From Octopus vulgaris (Eukaryota): DNA of 64,000 nucleotides. The notes under the pieces are model-generated. The model did no database searches. It saw only the letters and a program-made list of their open reading frames with translations, and was not told the origin of the DNA. This document shows, one piece after another, positions 23,880 to 36,499 of the stretch (positions within the stretch are counted from its first letter, which is position 1; each line of letters opens with the position of its first letter). Where the stretch lies: contig OX597834.1 of the NCBI GenBank assembly GCA_951406725.2, positions 37,696,001-37,760,000 of the forward strand, in the 5' to 3' direction. The translations under genes were made by a program, and so were the position numbers.

Positions 23880-25250
23880 AACAAACAGGGGTGTATGTAC
23901 AAAAAAGTTAATAGAAATTATAAAAAAAAGGATATAGTAACATTTAAAGGGGCAGATTATATTGCCGTGAAGGTTAAAGGATTCCGTCAAGAAATAATAG
24001 AGGCAGACAGAAACGCAATAATAAATACAAATTTAAGCAGCCGTGAAAGTAGCAGCAGCAGCAGTAGTAGTAGTAGTAGACATATGTTAACTATAGACTA
24101 TAAAATGAAAGGTAGTAAGTTTCTTTGCTTTTCCCCGTCTTGGTCTAAAGAATGATTTGATGTGATAGGTAAGCAGTACTGATGTTCTAAGAAATTTGGA
24201 ATGCTGTATAAGATGCATAATATAGTTTGTGGTTTAAGAAATAGACAGTGTTGAAGAATGCGCTTATGTTTACAATGATATCTTTCATATATTTTGCTTT
24301 GTGTGGCATATACCTGTTATCATGTAGCTCACCTATGCGTTAGTGTGAGTGTACATAGATACACACATTCATACATGTGTGTGTATTAGTTGGTAATAGA
24401 TGATGTTGCGTTTCGTTTTTCTCTCTTTGTGGTATTGGTAAAATCAAGCTGTTTGTACAGGACAAAGATAAGACTAAATTCTTTGTTCACTGTGCATAGG
24501 TTTAGGTGAACCAGGAATTTAAAAGTGTGAGGTATTGATAAATTAGACAAAAGAAACGGTGTCGAATAGCGGGGATTGAATTAGCACATAAAGAAGCGAT
24601 GACAGAGGTAGGAACTGAAGACTATAAATACATGGGTACAATAGATTGAAATAATACAGGACAAAGAAAAGTGTAACGAAAGAAATATCTAGAAAGGAAC
24701 ATTATATGAGGTTGAACCAAGTGCTTAAATCGAAGCTGGATAGGAAAAATGTATCTCTAGGTATTAAAGATGTTTTGATGTACAGCTGAGGAGTTTTGAA
24801 GAAGAACATGTGAAGTTGGATAATAGAATAAGCGACAATAGACTCGATAAACAATATGGAGTATAAGATATACCAATTGGATGGATATGCATTCTCTATA
24901 ACAAAATGGAAGTGTATTGATTAGTTCTGTGGAGAGTTTATGGTGTAGAAAAATGTGATGAATAAAGTGTGTAGATTGGTGTGTAAGAAATAGTTTAGAA
25001 CCTCCGATTGAAAAGGAGGTGAAATAAGCGGCAATAGGAAAAAAAAAATCATAATTTGTAACACTTGAATAATTCAAGAGAAGCCATATTGAAAATATTG
25101 GCGTATATATATATTTGGAAGAATTTTTTTTAGCAAAATAAATGTTTTGATATGGTAAAATTCCTGTAATAAAATTAGATCTAAAGGCTAAAAATGAAAC
25201 ATACTGATCGTTTATAGCAGAAAAATTGACTCGTAAAACATACTACATAT
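23880..25250 (+). mobile_element. Highly decayed LINE, probably R4/Dong-like
   Basis: YMRLNQVLKSKLDRKNVSLGIK resembles the R4-type RxRxILKSKLNxxNxxxAIN motif; later LKxETx-like remnants; many stops. Confidence 0.45.
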
Positions 25251-25499
25251 CATTGTATCAGGTTTCATGTTGTTATTGTTGTTGATGTTGCTGTGTAGCC
25301 CTAGGCCAGACATGATCCAATCGATGTATAACATTTAGGCAGCCTCCTGAATTATTTAGGCTTTGGATATATCATAACCTCCGCCTATTTCGGATCCACC
25401 CTACATATTCTGACTCGCATTCGTTAGTTGTAGTTATCCGTGACCATCCGTTAATGTTAGACCGACGTTCTTCTCTTGACAACATTATTTCTAAACTAG

Positions 25500-25825
25500 T
25501 ACTCCATCGGTTTCGACGACGAGCTTTCCAGCTGATCCGATCAATGAAACAGCCTACACGTGAAATTAACGTGCAGGTGGCTGAGTACTCCACAGACAGA
25601 TACGCGTACCCTTAACGTAATTTTCAAAAGGATTCAGCGTGACACAGATTGCAACAAGACTGGCCCTTTGAAAAGCAGGTACTTCTCATTTTGGCCAGCT
25701 AAGTGCACCGAGGCGATGTGAAATAAAGTGTTTTACTCAAGGACACAACGTGTGCGCTGCTGGGAATCGAACTCACGACCATACACATCGTAAGCCGAAT
25801 ACCGTAGCCCCTAAGCCACGTGTCC
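25500..25825 (-). mobile_element. SINE family C variant
   Basis: Reverse homolog of 35657-35980. Confidence 0.75.
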
Positions 25826-26403
25826 CCAAATTATCTAACATTATGATCACATATGAGTTACCTAATATATTCGTTTATTCTAAAAACGTTTAGGGAGATT
25901 TACTGTTGTTTCTAGCAAGTCAAGCGATTCGTTACCAGCTTCTTCCTTTTTAGCACCGTAAGTTCCTTGTAGATAAGATCTGTGTCTCCAGTGGTAGTTC
26001 CGAAATGAGAGAAGAAAGGTGAAAGTGCAGCACATTTTTTCCAGGAGAATGAAATAAACTGTCTCAGAACTTTCGTGAGAAACGATATAATATGGCGCAG
26101 ATTGTACACTGTAAATTGTGTGATATGAACCATATGATACAAACCACAGACTTCCAGTAGTTGGAGAGTTGAAAGGCTGTAAAATGCTTTGGTGTTTCAA
26201 TATTGCATCAGAGAGAGAGAGAGAGAGATAGAGAGAGGAATGAAGAGGGAAATTTGACTAAATTTTTCTGAGAAATTTCTATACTTTCTACTTGCCACAT
26301 GTTTGTATGTATGTATGTATGTATGTATACAGGTTTGGTGATGCATATAGGAAAAATACAACTCAAAACATGAGTGTGTGTATGTACAGTATGTATGTAT
26401 CTC

Positions 26404-26681
26404 TCTATATATAAACGGCAGTTTGTCTGTGCGTGTTTCTGTGTGTCTGTTTTCTCGTACCCTCACCCTGACCACGGCTTTCAACCGATTCTGATGAAAC
26501 TTGACACACGCATAGCCCAATGTCATAATTCAAAACTAACGCAGCGAAAATTTTGAAAAGTTCCCCCAGTTCTGAAAAAAATTTTTTTCCATTTTTTTGC
26601 TATTTTTTGGCTATAACTCTCTAAAGATGCTTTATAGTTATTTCCCTTACAAACCTGAGCAACGCCGGGCGATACTGCTAG
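26404..26681 (+). mobile_element. Non-autonomous Helitron, copy 1 (internally deleted)
   Basis: 5' TCtatatataaacggcag; 3' hairpin-like cctgagcaacgccggg, then CTAG followed by T. Confidence 0.8.
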
Positions 26682-26784
26682 TACATATATACATACATAA
26701 GAGAGTAGGGTGTGATTTGAGGGAGATTTGGCTGCTATTTCTACCAGGTCTAGCTACCATGTAGAGGTCTCCCTCATTGGCTCA

Positions 26785-27168
26785 TCTCTCTCTATATAAA
26801 CGGCAGTTTGTCTGTGCGTTTTCTGTGTGTCTGTTTTCTCGTACCCTCACTCTGACCACGGCTTTCAACCGATTCTGATGAAACTTGACACACACATAGC
26901 CCAATGTCATAATTCAAAACTAACGCAGCGAAAATTTTGAAAAGTTCCCCCAGTTCTGAAAAAAATCGATAAATTCGACATGGGGTCGAGAATTAGAAAC
27001 CCAAACCACAGACCGTCTAGGGGACGCAACTCCACCTTTTTTAACTTTCAAAAAAAATTTACCATCATTTTTTTTCCATTTTTTTGCTATTTTTTGGCTA
27101 TAACTCTCTAAAAATGCTTTATAGTTATTTCCCTTACAAACCTGAGCAACGCCGGGCGATACTGCTAG
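26785..27168 (+). mobile_element. Non-autonomous Helitron, copy 2
   Basis: Near-identical to copy 1 with about 105 bp of extra internal sequence; same CTAG-T end. Confidence 0.8.
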
Positions 27169-27188
27169 TATATATATATATATATAAT

Positions 27189-27322
27189 TTGATATTTTAG
27201 TAGAAGCAACAGAATGACTCAAGGGTCGAAACTTTCGTGCGTTAGCACTTCTCAGTTTGATAATTGCTAACGCACGAAACTTTCGGCCCTTGAGTCACTC
27301 TGAATCTTCCACTAAATATCAA
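27189..27322. repeat. Foldback hairpin with arms of about 58 bp
   Basis: gactcaagggtcgaaactttcgtgcgttagca / tgctaacgcacgaaactttcggcccttgagtc. Confidence 0.88.
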
Positions 27323-27548
27323 TAAAATACATGTGCGTGTGTGCAATGCACAATATATAGATTTATGTAATCCAGTGGACCCGGCTACAAACCACATTAC
27401 AGCGAAACGGCCGTCATCCTATGGATACCAACTGAAATAAATATACTCATTCTGACAGTCTCTCTCTCTCTCTCTCATTATTTATATATATTCGTAATGA
27501 GATAAAAAAACCCCAAAGGTGTGTAGATTTTAGAACATTTATAGATAG

Positions 27549-27596
27549 GTCTTACAGCTGTTTCCAGGATATTTATTATATCCCTTCATCGGATAC
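27549..27596 (-). ncRNA. Hammerhead-like motif (degenerate)
   Basis: GUAU CCGAUGA A GGGAUAU-AAUAA-AUAUCCU G GAAA CAGCUG UA AGAC; palindromic ACAGCUGU, GUA triplet, one core change. Confidence 0.6.
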
Positions 27597-27863
27597 GGTG
27601 TGAGAGGATGGTTACGTAATAGTTAATTTAGATAGGATACAAAATAGAGAGTGAGGTGGAGGAAAGAAAATAGATGCAAGATATGTAGGGATATTGTATT
27701 TGTAAATCCATTTTTTAGGCAGAATGGTATATATGTAAGATTCCAAACCTGGTACTTAACTATGGTATATCTATAGCACTTATTCAGCATTACCTGACAC
27801 CTTTGGGTCTCAATGACACCATTACTTCTCTTAACCTCCTATATATATAGGAAGTAAACAAGT

Positions 27864-27899
27864 CTTTAACGTTTCGAGCCTATGCTCTTCCACAGAAAG
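27864..27899 (-). ncRNA. Hammerhead-like motif, homolog of 20268-20302
   Basis: CUUU CUGUGGA A GAGC-AUAG-GCUC GAAA CG UU AAAG; stem I covaries with the 20268 copy; the core reads CUGUGGA. Confidence 0.55.
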
Positions 27900-28233
27900 G
27901 AACACAGAAAGAAACAAGGAGAGAAAATGAAGAATGTGTAGTGGCTAGCGATCTAAAAAGGAACACATGAGTAGATATGTATAAGGAAAATAAGACAAGG
28001 TAGAGAATGCTAAAATAATTTTATCATGAAAGACATTTTAGTACCGGTTTCAGTCATTGAGACTTTTTCAACTCTAAGTATGGAAAACAAATTGGAGAAA
28101 AATTAAATGCAAAGTTTTGTTTTTAAATATTTCCATTGTATTTCAAATACAAGGGGCATTTTCCTTGTTTCTGTCATATATATATACACACACACACACA
28201 TACATACACATACATACACACACACATACATAC

Positions 28234-28520
28234 AGGCACGTGACCAGGTGGTTAAGGTGTCACAATCACGATTGCAAGATTGTGATTTCGAATCCCAGGC
28301 CCCTGTCATACGTTCTGTTCTTGAGCAAAACACTTCAATTCCCGCTGCCCTCAATCCACCCAGCTGTGAATGCGATGGACTGGTGTAACGTTCAGGGTAG
28401 GTGTCAGCCTGCTCACCAAGCCAGTGGGTTAGCATCATTCGAAAGCTATTTTAGCAATGAAAGGAAGGGCATTGTGATTAGCGATGTATAACATCCGATA
28501 GCTTAGTAGATACAATGACA
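28234..28520 (+). mobile_element. SINE family C variant
   Basis: Homologous to 37914-38215. Confidence 0.7.
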
Positions 28521-28539
28521 TATACATACTTACAAAAAA

Positions 28540-28770
28540 GGCGGCGAGCTGGTAGAAACGTTAGGGCGCCGGACGAAATGCTTAGCGGTATTTCGTCTGT
28601 CGTTACATTCTGAGTTAAAATTCCGCCGAGGTCGACTTTGGTTTTCATCCTTTCGGGGTCGATAAATAAAGTACCAGTTACGCACTGGGTCGATATAATC
28701 GACTTAATCCGTTTGTCTGTCCTTGTTTGTCCCCTCTATGTTTAGCCCCTTGTGGGCAGTAAAGAAATAT
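28540..28770 (+). mobile_element. SINE family A
   Basis: ggcggcgagctggtagaaacgttag...agtaaagaaat. Confidence 0.9.
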
Positions 28771-29421
28771 ATACATACTTACATTCACCATCTGTGTAGA
28801 ATAGTGAAAGACTAACCGTGACCATCACCACAGAGAGATCAATTCTTTACCATTCAGTAACAGAATAATTGTGACTACCACTGTAAAGTGGAACGGCAAA
28901 AATCACATTCAGATTTATTCATTAAGATATAAGTTTTATAGAAGTAAAAATAGTACAAAATCTATGTGAAATACAGTAGAATATGTTTCTATGGTAACAA
29001 GTTAAAAAAAATGATAGCAAAATTTGCAGAATGGAAGACAATAATAGTAAATAGAGTGTGGTGGTGGGGCGGGGTGGAGTTGGGGAGGGCGAGTGGGCAG
29101 CATGGGAACAACAACAACAACAACAAAGATATGACGACCACTGCTAGCGTAATCTTCAACAACAACAACAACAACGACAATAATAAATGCTGCAGCCAAG
29201 AATAACGACAAGAGGAAAAAATAAAAGAAAAAGACATAGCTAGCTAAAACAACAACGACAACGACAACAACAACAACAACACCGACTACTACAATAATGG
29301 CTGTAAAGATAACAACAACATCAACAATAGTATCACAACAACAACAGCAACAATAGGTGTCAGACATGTAACACTGCCGGCAGCAGTAACTAGAATAATC
29401 ACAAATAAACAAACAGAAGTA

Positions 29422-29458
<37 letters not shown>

Positions 29459-29487
29459 TTGTAACAACTGGCACAGTGATGGTAATG

Positions 29488-29531
<44 letters not shown>

Positions 29532-29639
29532 TCTAACGCAACCATGTAAGAGAGAGATTTCAAAAGCCTCTTTTGATGGAGAATTTGTTAATTCCAATCA
29601 GAACATCTGTAATTTGTTTGAAGTGCATTAAAAGCACGT

Positions 29640-30085
29640 GTCGTACGCCACCTGCATTCACCCCCAGACGTTCTTCTTTTTTAATTTTATCATGCCGCTC
29701 TTCCTATACTACCACATGTAATAGTATATGTACCACTACAGTTGCCACCACGCTGTCGACCTTTATCGCCACATGTGCTTAAACACACACCCAACCTGTA
29801 CCTCCACGTGTAACACATGATATCTGCCTATGACTACCACATATACCTCTCCATCTACTTGTACCATTACATGTGATGCATCACCTGCTTATGCTACATG
29901 TTGTGCACCACCTGCCTATACCACCACATGTGCCGCACTACTTGCCTGTACAATCACATATTCCACGTCACTCGTTTATACCACAACATGTTGCCTGGCC
30001 TATCCTATACCACCACACGTAAGCCACCCCTTGCTTTTACCGGCCACATGTGGTTCACCACATTATACTATCACACGTTCCAGAC
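29640..30085. repeat. Degenerate 30-bp tandem repeat
   Basis: acatgttgtgcaccacctgcctataccacc / acatgtgccgcactacttgcctgtacaatc / acatattccacgtcactcgtttataccaca. Confidence 0.75.
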
Positions 30086-31440
30086 AACCTACCCATCTAA
30101 TAATAAAGTGGTTGCCCGATCAACTAGAAATAGCACCCAAATCTGCCCATCACCTTCAGAAATATAGATGCAATACCCGTTATAGTCTATGGTATACGAT
30201 GTCTGAAAATAAGACGTAATACTTAGGACGGGATACATTCGATCATAGATCTGTATGACCGGGGTGGACTTAGGGAAAAATTACTACATCTAATACCACA
30301 TCATCGTATGATCATTGCAATGTTAAACTAATGCTAATTAATCTTGAATAATCAGTGACGATGACCTTTGATGATGACCTTTCGTAACGACCTTTTGTAA
30401 TGATTTTTTCCTTCTGACCTTTCATGGTGATCCTTCATATTGCTAATATTTTTGTTTATTCGTTGTAACGAAGACAATATCCACTGAAGCTAGAAATCAG
30501 AAAATATGAAAAGTCGATAACTGTTTATAGAATAGTAATGCAGCTTAGTCCAGAATTACTGCTTGTGTATTTAGGGAATGAAAAAAAAAATCTATCCTCT
30601 TGCGTGGACATTATACACCAAGAACTCACGCAGAAATTTAGTTTCTATCTAGTTCCTCCATTTGCTAGATATAGCAGCCAAATATTAAATCATTGTCTTA
30701 AAAGGAAAAAAACAGTGGAATACACTGGATAATATATTTCTAGAAACATTTCAGTGAAAGGTGACCTGAGACTAAACAACAATGTAAATCGTATCCAAGA
30801 AAAAGGGGGACCTTTTCAACTTTTACTCGACATCTCTTTTAATTCATTTATATTCCGTTCCCCTTTTTTCCTTCTCTACAAGAAATAGCAGCCAAAGCTA
30901 GTTGGTAGTGTAAAACGGATGGATATTAGCCTAACCGCTTTAGTTACCACTGTCAGAGCTTTAGGTGGGCAAGACTAGCACACCATTGTTTAACATCATA
31001 ACGTGGTCTTCGGATGGTAGCGGTAAAAACCAGGGGTCTATTTGGCCCTTCAGGGTTCGTATTAGATTTTGTTGTTAAGATACATGGGCAATAAATGGGG
31101 TATGCTTCTCCAATACACAATATTTAAACACTTTATGCAAACCCTAATATTTAATCAAAAATATTATAGGAGCTTTTAGCCATCGAATGGCGATGAATGA
31201 CCCCACTCCCTGAGTAAACTCGGAATTAAAGGGTCCATAGGTAAAATATCATTGAGAACCAGTGGTTTAACACAACTTATTCGGTGGTAAATCTGAATCC
31301 TCACCTGCAAAGGTGAAGGCCATTACTTCTCTCATGAGAAGAGAAAAGAATAATTTTCGTTTCTTACACTTCACTGGTCTTTGCATCTTCGATGTTTCTG
31401 ACTCATATTTTTTCCTCTTCTAATATACCTGAGGGGTGAA

Positions 31441-31845
31441 GGCGGCGAGCTGGCAGAATCGTTAGCACGCCGGACGAGATGCGTAGTCGTATTTCGTCTG
31501 CCGTTACGTTCTGAGTTCAAATTCCACCGAGGTCGACTTTGCCTTTCATCCTTTCGGGGTCGATAAATTAAGTACCAGTTACGCACTGGGGTCGATATAA
31601 TCGACTTAATCCGTTTGTTTGTCCTTGTTTGCCCCGTCTGTGTTTAGCCCCTTGTGGGTAATAAAGAAATAGGTATTTCGTCTGTCTTTACGTTCTGAGT
31701 TCAAATTACCGCCGAGGTCGACTTTGCCTTTCATCCTTTCGAGATCGATTAATTAAGTACTAGTTGCGTACTGGAGTCGATCTGATCGACTGACCCCACC
31801 TTCCCAAAAATTTCGGGCCTTGTGCCTAGAATAGAAAAGAATATA
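31441..31845 (+). mobile_element. SINE family A, full length with duplicated body and a TSD
   Basis: Complete head to tail; aatatacctgag occurs just upstream (about 31422) and again at the 3' end (about 31840). Confidence 0.9.
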
Positions 31846-31959
31846 CCTGAGAGTTGATAGACAACTGCCAAAGAATCACGAGTTTTAAGGAGCGTTTGTG
31901 TGTCCTTAATGAAAACCTTGTGTTGACATACCTTTCTGCAGGTACCATTACCTTTTACC

Positions 31960-32345
31960 TTTACTTGTTTCAGTCATTAGACTGTGGCGATACTGGGGCA
32001 TCGTGATAAGGGGTTTTAATCGAATGAATCAATCCTGTGACATTTTTTAAAGCCTGGAACTTATTCTATCGGTCTCTTTTGTAGATCCGCTAAATTATGG
32101 GAACGTAAACACACCAGCAATGGTTGTCAAGTGGTGATGGTTTGTTGGGGTACAAACATTGCAAACACATGTACATATATATGACGGGGCTTTTCTCAGT
32201 TTTTGTTGCCCTTATCCACCCGGAAGGCTTTAGCCGGCTCGATGTTATAATAGAAGATACATGCCCAAGATATCAAACTGAGGGACTGAAGCCAAGACCA
32301 CATGGTTCTGAAGCAAGCTTCTCAACCACACAGCCACGCCTACAC
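31960..32345 (-). mobile_element. SINE family B, diverged
   Basis: Reverse homolog of 9980-10385. Confidence 0.75.
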
Positions 32346-33436
32346 CATTGTAGAAGAAAAGCAAACTTCATAATGAAGAAATCTAACGTGGAAACTGCAT
32401 GTATATAGATCGATCCTACCGGTAGCAGGATACGAACCCGAGATTGCCCAGTTTTCAAAATCGATATATTTTCCTCTAAGCTAGCTGAAACTTCTGTCCT
32501 ATTAGCTCTTAAAAAAAAACTATTAATAGCTAAGACATAATTTCATAATATTTATAGAAATGGTCCATAGTTTTTGGACGTTGAAGTGTTATCTAGGATC
32601 AAAGAGCCGCCATCTATTTAATGTTTAATAAAGTTTTATTTCAAATTTCGTTATTAGATATTTTCCCCATCACATTATAGTTTCGAAATAAGATAATTAC
32701 AAAAATATAATTACAACAAAAATACGAAGACAAAATCGTACAAAAAAGATCTTAATTCTTCATCAACATTTGTGTTTTTAATGTTCTATTGTAAGTGGAC
32801 GGCAGAAGGAGGCGGGGGTAATCACATTTCATATACTGAAACTTAACTATAAACTATGAGCCATTGATGAGGCCTCTATGTGACGCCCGAAATGCTAGAA
32901 GTAGCAACCGAATTCCTTTAAATTACATCATAGAGTCGTAAAAGAAAGGCAAAGCAAAATGTAATTCTATAAATAGTATTGGATGGCGTATGAGACACAC
33001 CCCAATTTCAGCAGCACATATTTATGGACGGAAAATAATGCATTTAAGCTTATACAACGCCCAGCATCGTACGTAGTAGTAGTAGTAGTAGTAGTAGTAT
33101 AGGGAAACACGCTGTACCAGCGTTGCTGTTGCCACCATTTGTCGGGCGATTCCTTATTCCTGGCAGATCTTTGCACCACACAGACAACCCTCCGACCTAT
33201 GGATCTATTTAAGTAGACGCGCTGGTCAAAGTTTTACGAGGTCAGAATGCAAATCCTACCATAGCTTTTTTCTTTTTTGGTTTAGTCGCTTTTTTTTTAC
33301 GACACGCAGAGAAAACATTGGGTTTGTTATTTGGTATGCCAGTTCTAACAACACTAGAAAAACGTGATATGAAGTGTTTTGCTCAAGAACATTATACGCC
33401 GTTTGATCCGGGAATCAGACCTACGATCTGGCGACC

Positions 33437-33490
33437 TAATGATTAGGGTGTTGCCATAATCTAATGATTATGGCAACACCCTAATCATTA
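33437..33490. repeat. Perfect hairpin with 25-bp arms, inside a family C SINE
   Basis: taatgattagggtgttgccataatc-taat-gattatggcaacaccctaatcatta. Confidence 0.95.
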
Positions 33491-34189
33491 AGCCACGTGT
33501 CTTCACATATAGGACCCGCAATAATTCTTCTGAGACATCTTATCACGTAGGAAGAAAAGTGTGTTTTATATGCCATTAAATATGTAATTGACTTAACTAC
33601 TCCTGGGTAAAAGTAAAAAAACTGCATCCCTCTGCCCAGACATTTTGAGCCAGTGTGGAAGAGTAGACTCATGAAACCAGTGTAACCTCAAGCTCAAATT
33701 CACGGCCTACACACATCAGATCGTGGTTGGTGGAGAGGACGTGCTGATCCCTTCCTGCTGCAGTTAACTAAGCATAGGCAATCCAATCCATCCATACATA
33801 TGCACATGTGCATACACATACTGTGCATATACATACATAAAAAATGTACCAGTTGAGCACTGGGGTCGATGTAATCGATCCAACTACTCCTAATTCTGAG
33901 TATAAAAACTGTACCCCCTTGCTAAGCTATGTTGAGGTAGTGTAGCAGAGTAGCCTCATCAAACCAGTATGGTCTCAAGCTCAGATTCATGGCTTACACA
34001 CCACACTGTGGCTGGTGGAGTGGACATGCCGAAAGCTTCGTCCCGCAGTTGGCTACACAAAAGCAATCCAAACCTAAAATACGATATAAAAGAAGTTGAG
34101 TTTACTATGGCTGCACTGCATTGGTTTACAGACGTCCTTAACCGGACCTAACCTAGGGTTAAACAACAGCAACAACAACAACAACAAGT

Positions 34190-34560
34190 AATGTCCCACT
34201 GGCATTGATAACTTTTCCATTGACATTATGTCTCGATGGAAACCGTTAACCTTTCTCTTTATTGCAGAAACCAGAGTTTGCTGGAAATAAGTCAAGATGT
34301 GAATGCGGAAAGTACGTCTTCGCACACATGCTACATCCAAGCTGAAGAGAATCATCAATCATGCTAACAAACTGGCTCATTTGCAATTTGGAACTTTTTA
34401 ACATTTCCAAGAAAGTTTCTAACAACAGATTTAAATATTTGCCAGGCTTTTAAATCAACTGCAGACATATTGTTCACAAAATTGTCATCTCTCATCACTT
34501 CTCTAATTTGTGGTCCAACAAAAAATGTCAGCGTTTTATTTTGATGCCTGTTAAAACTGA
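34190..34560 (-). pseudogene. DNA transposase relic, Chapaev3/CMC-like
   Basis: FVGPQIREVMRDDNF..AWQIFKSVVRNFLGN, then LGCSM..HSHLDLFPAN..FHRDIMSME. The family name is recalled from the motif and was not searched. Confidence 0.65.
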
Positions 34561-34699
34561 AAACCAAAGGCAAACTTATTTAAATACTCTTCCATCTTTA
34601 TTAGAGAGTTTTTTGTTGTTGTTGTTGTTGAGTGTTTTTTTTGTTTGTTTTTTGTATGCATGTGTTCTTTTCGCAAAATATTCCAAACACTTTATATAC

Positions 34700-34870
34700 A
34701 AGGAGTGGCTGTGTGGTAAGTAGCTTGCTAACCAACCACATGGTTGCTGGTTCAGTCCCACTGCGTGGCATCTTGGGCAAGTGTCTTCTGCTATAGCCCC
34801 GGGCCGACCAATGCCTTGTGAGTGGATTTGGTAGACGGAAACTGAAAGAAGCCTGTCGTATATATGTATG

Positions 34871-34909
<39 letters not shown>

Positions 34910-35125
34910 TTGTGTGTCTGTGTTTGTCCCCCTAGCATTGCTTGACAAGCGATGCAGGTGTGTCTACGTCCCCGCCACTTAGCGGTTCGGCAAAAGAGAC
35001 CGATAGAATAAGTACTGGGCTTACAAAGAATAAGTTCCGGGGTCGATTTGATCGACTAAAGGCGGTGCTCCAGCATGGCCGCAGTCAAATGACTGAAACA
35101 AGTAAAAGAGTATAAGAGTAAGAGT
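34700..35125 (+). mobile_element. SINE family B, near full length
   Basis: Highly similar to 9980-10385; taagag tail repeats. Confidence 0.92.
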
Positions 35126-35656
35126 AATGTCTGTAAAAGTACCTTCCTTAGACCTGCTACAGACAACTGTAGTAATAACAATAAAAATAAAATAAAAAAA
35201 ATAAAAACTTGGCCAAGTCTCATTTCTAAGATGGTCAATGTATCGTGTAGAAAGAAAAGTCACATGTGTCAGCTTCGCTTTGCTCCAGACGGTGAAGACA
35301 CAAACATTTTGTATAACCACCGTGAAGTCTATACGAGAATGAATACGATTAATTTTGAATTAGCACAATGAAACAAATTCTAACAATTCTAAGCATTCAT
35401 TTGTTTCAGACAGTTTTACAGAATAACCAGAATTTCTATAGAACTTACAGACGTTCCATTATACAGTAAGACTGCTTCCATGTTTCCCTTTGAACAATCA
35501 ATAAACGATCTCCAATTATATTCTGCGTACGGGATGTCAGTTTGCTCAATTATTCCATTAAAATGTTTACAGTAAATAAGAGAGAGACGCACAGACAGTC
35601 GACTCCTGGACTAAATATCTTACAGCATTTAATTCCAACGCATCTACATATAAAAA

Positions 35657-35980
35657 GCGCGTGGCTTAGTGGTTAGAGTATTCGGTTCACGATTCGTAAT
35701 GTCGTGAGTTCGATTCCCAGCGGTGCAACTGTATACTTGAGTAAGACACTTTATTTTCCGTTGTTGCAGTCCACTCAGCTGGCAAGAACTTATTGTGCCT
35801 GCATTTCAAAAAGCCCACCCTTATCACAGTCTGTGTCACGCGGAATCTCCATGAGAACTACGCTAAGGGTTCTCATGTCTATGCAGTGCTCAGTCACTTT
35901 CACGCTAATTTCACGAGCTGCCTGTTTCGTTGATTGGATCAACTGGAATACGCGTCGCCGTGACCGACGGAGAACCAAAC
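35657..35980 (+). mobile_element. SINE family C variant
   Basis: gcgtggcttagtggttagag...gagttcgattccc...gagtaagacactttattt. Confidence 0.8.
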
Positions 35981-36499
35981 CATCTATGTATGCTGTGTTC
36001 AAATTACGAGCACCTGTAATGACTGTGTGCTTAACAAGTTTACTTCTTAACTACTCGGTTTCGGTTTCAATTCCACGGCACGTTTCATTGAGCTCTAGGG
36101 TCCATCCGATCAATCATCTTTAAAACTGTTTGGAAGGGAAAAATGATCACAAGAAGCTCGCTTTGTAATCACGAGGTTTCAAGTTCAGTCTCACTGCGTG
36201 GCAAGTGTATCCTACTAAATCTCCGGGCCGACCAATGTTTGATGAGTGAATTTAGTAAACGGAAACTGTGCGGAAGCCCTCCTATTTCTCTCTATGCATA
36301 TGTGTGTGCGTCTTTGTTTGTCCCCACCCTCACTTAACAACTGATACTGGTTTGATTACACCTTTGTAACTTAATAGTATGGCAAAAGGTATCGTTAGAA
36401 TTAGTACCAAACTTTAAAAATAGTTACTGGGTCAATTTGTCCAACTAAACTCTTAAAAAGGGGTGCCCCCACCCTTAGCCACAGCCAACACAAACCCAC

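Noticed and set aside
32864-32910. UUGAUGA GGC...GCC C GAAA hammerhead-like string
   Set aside because: The core is altered and I could not form a convincing stem I or cleavage triplet.
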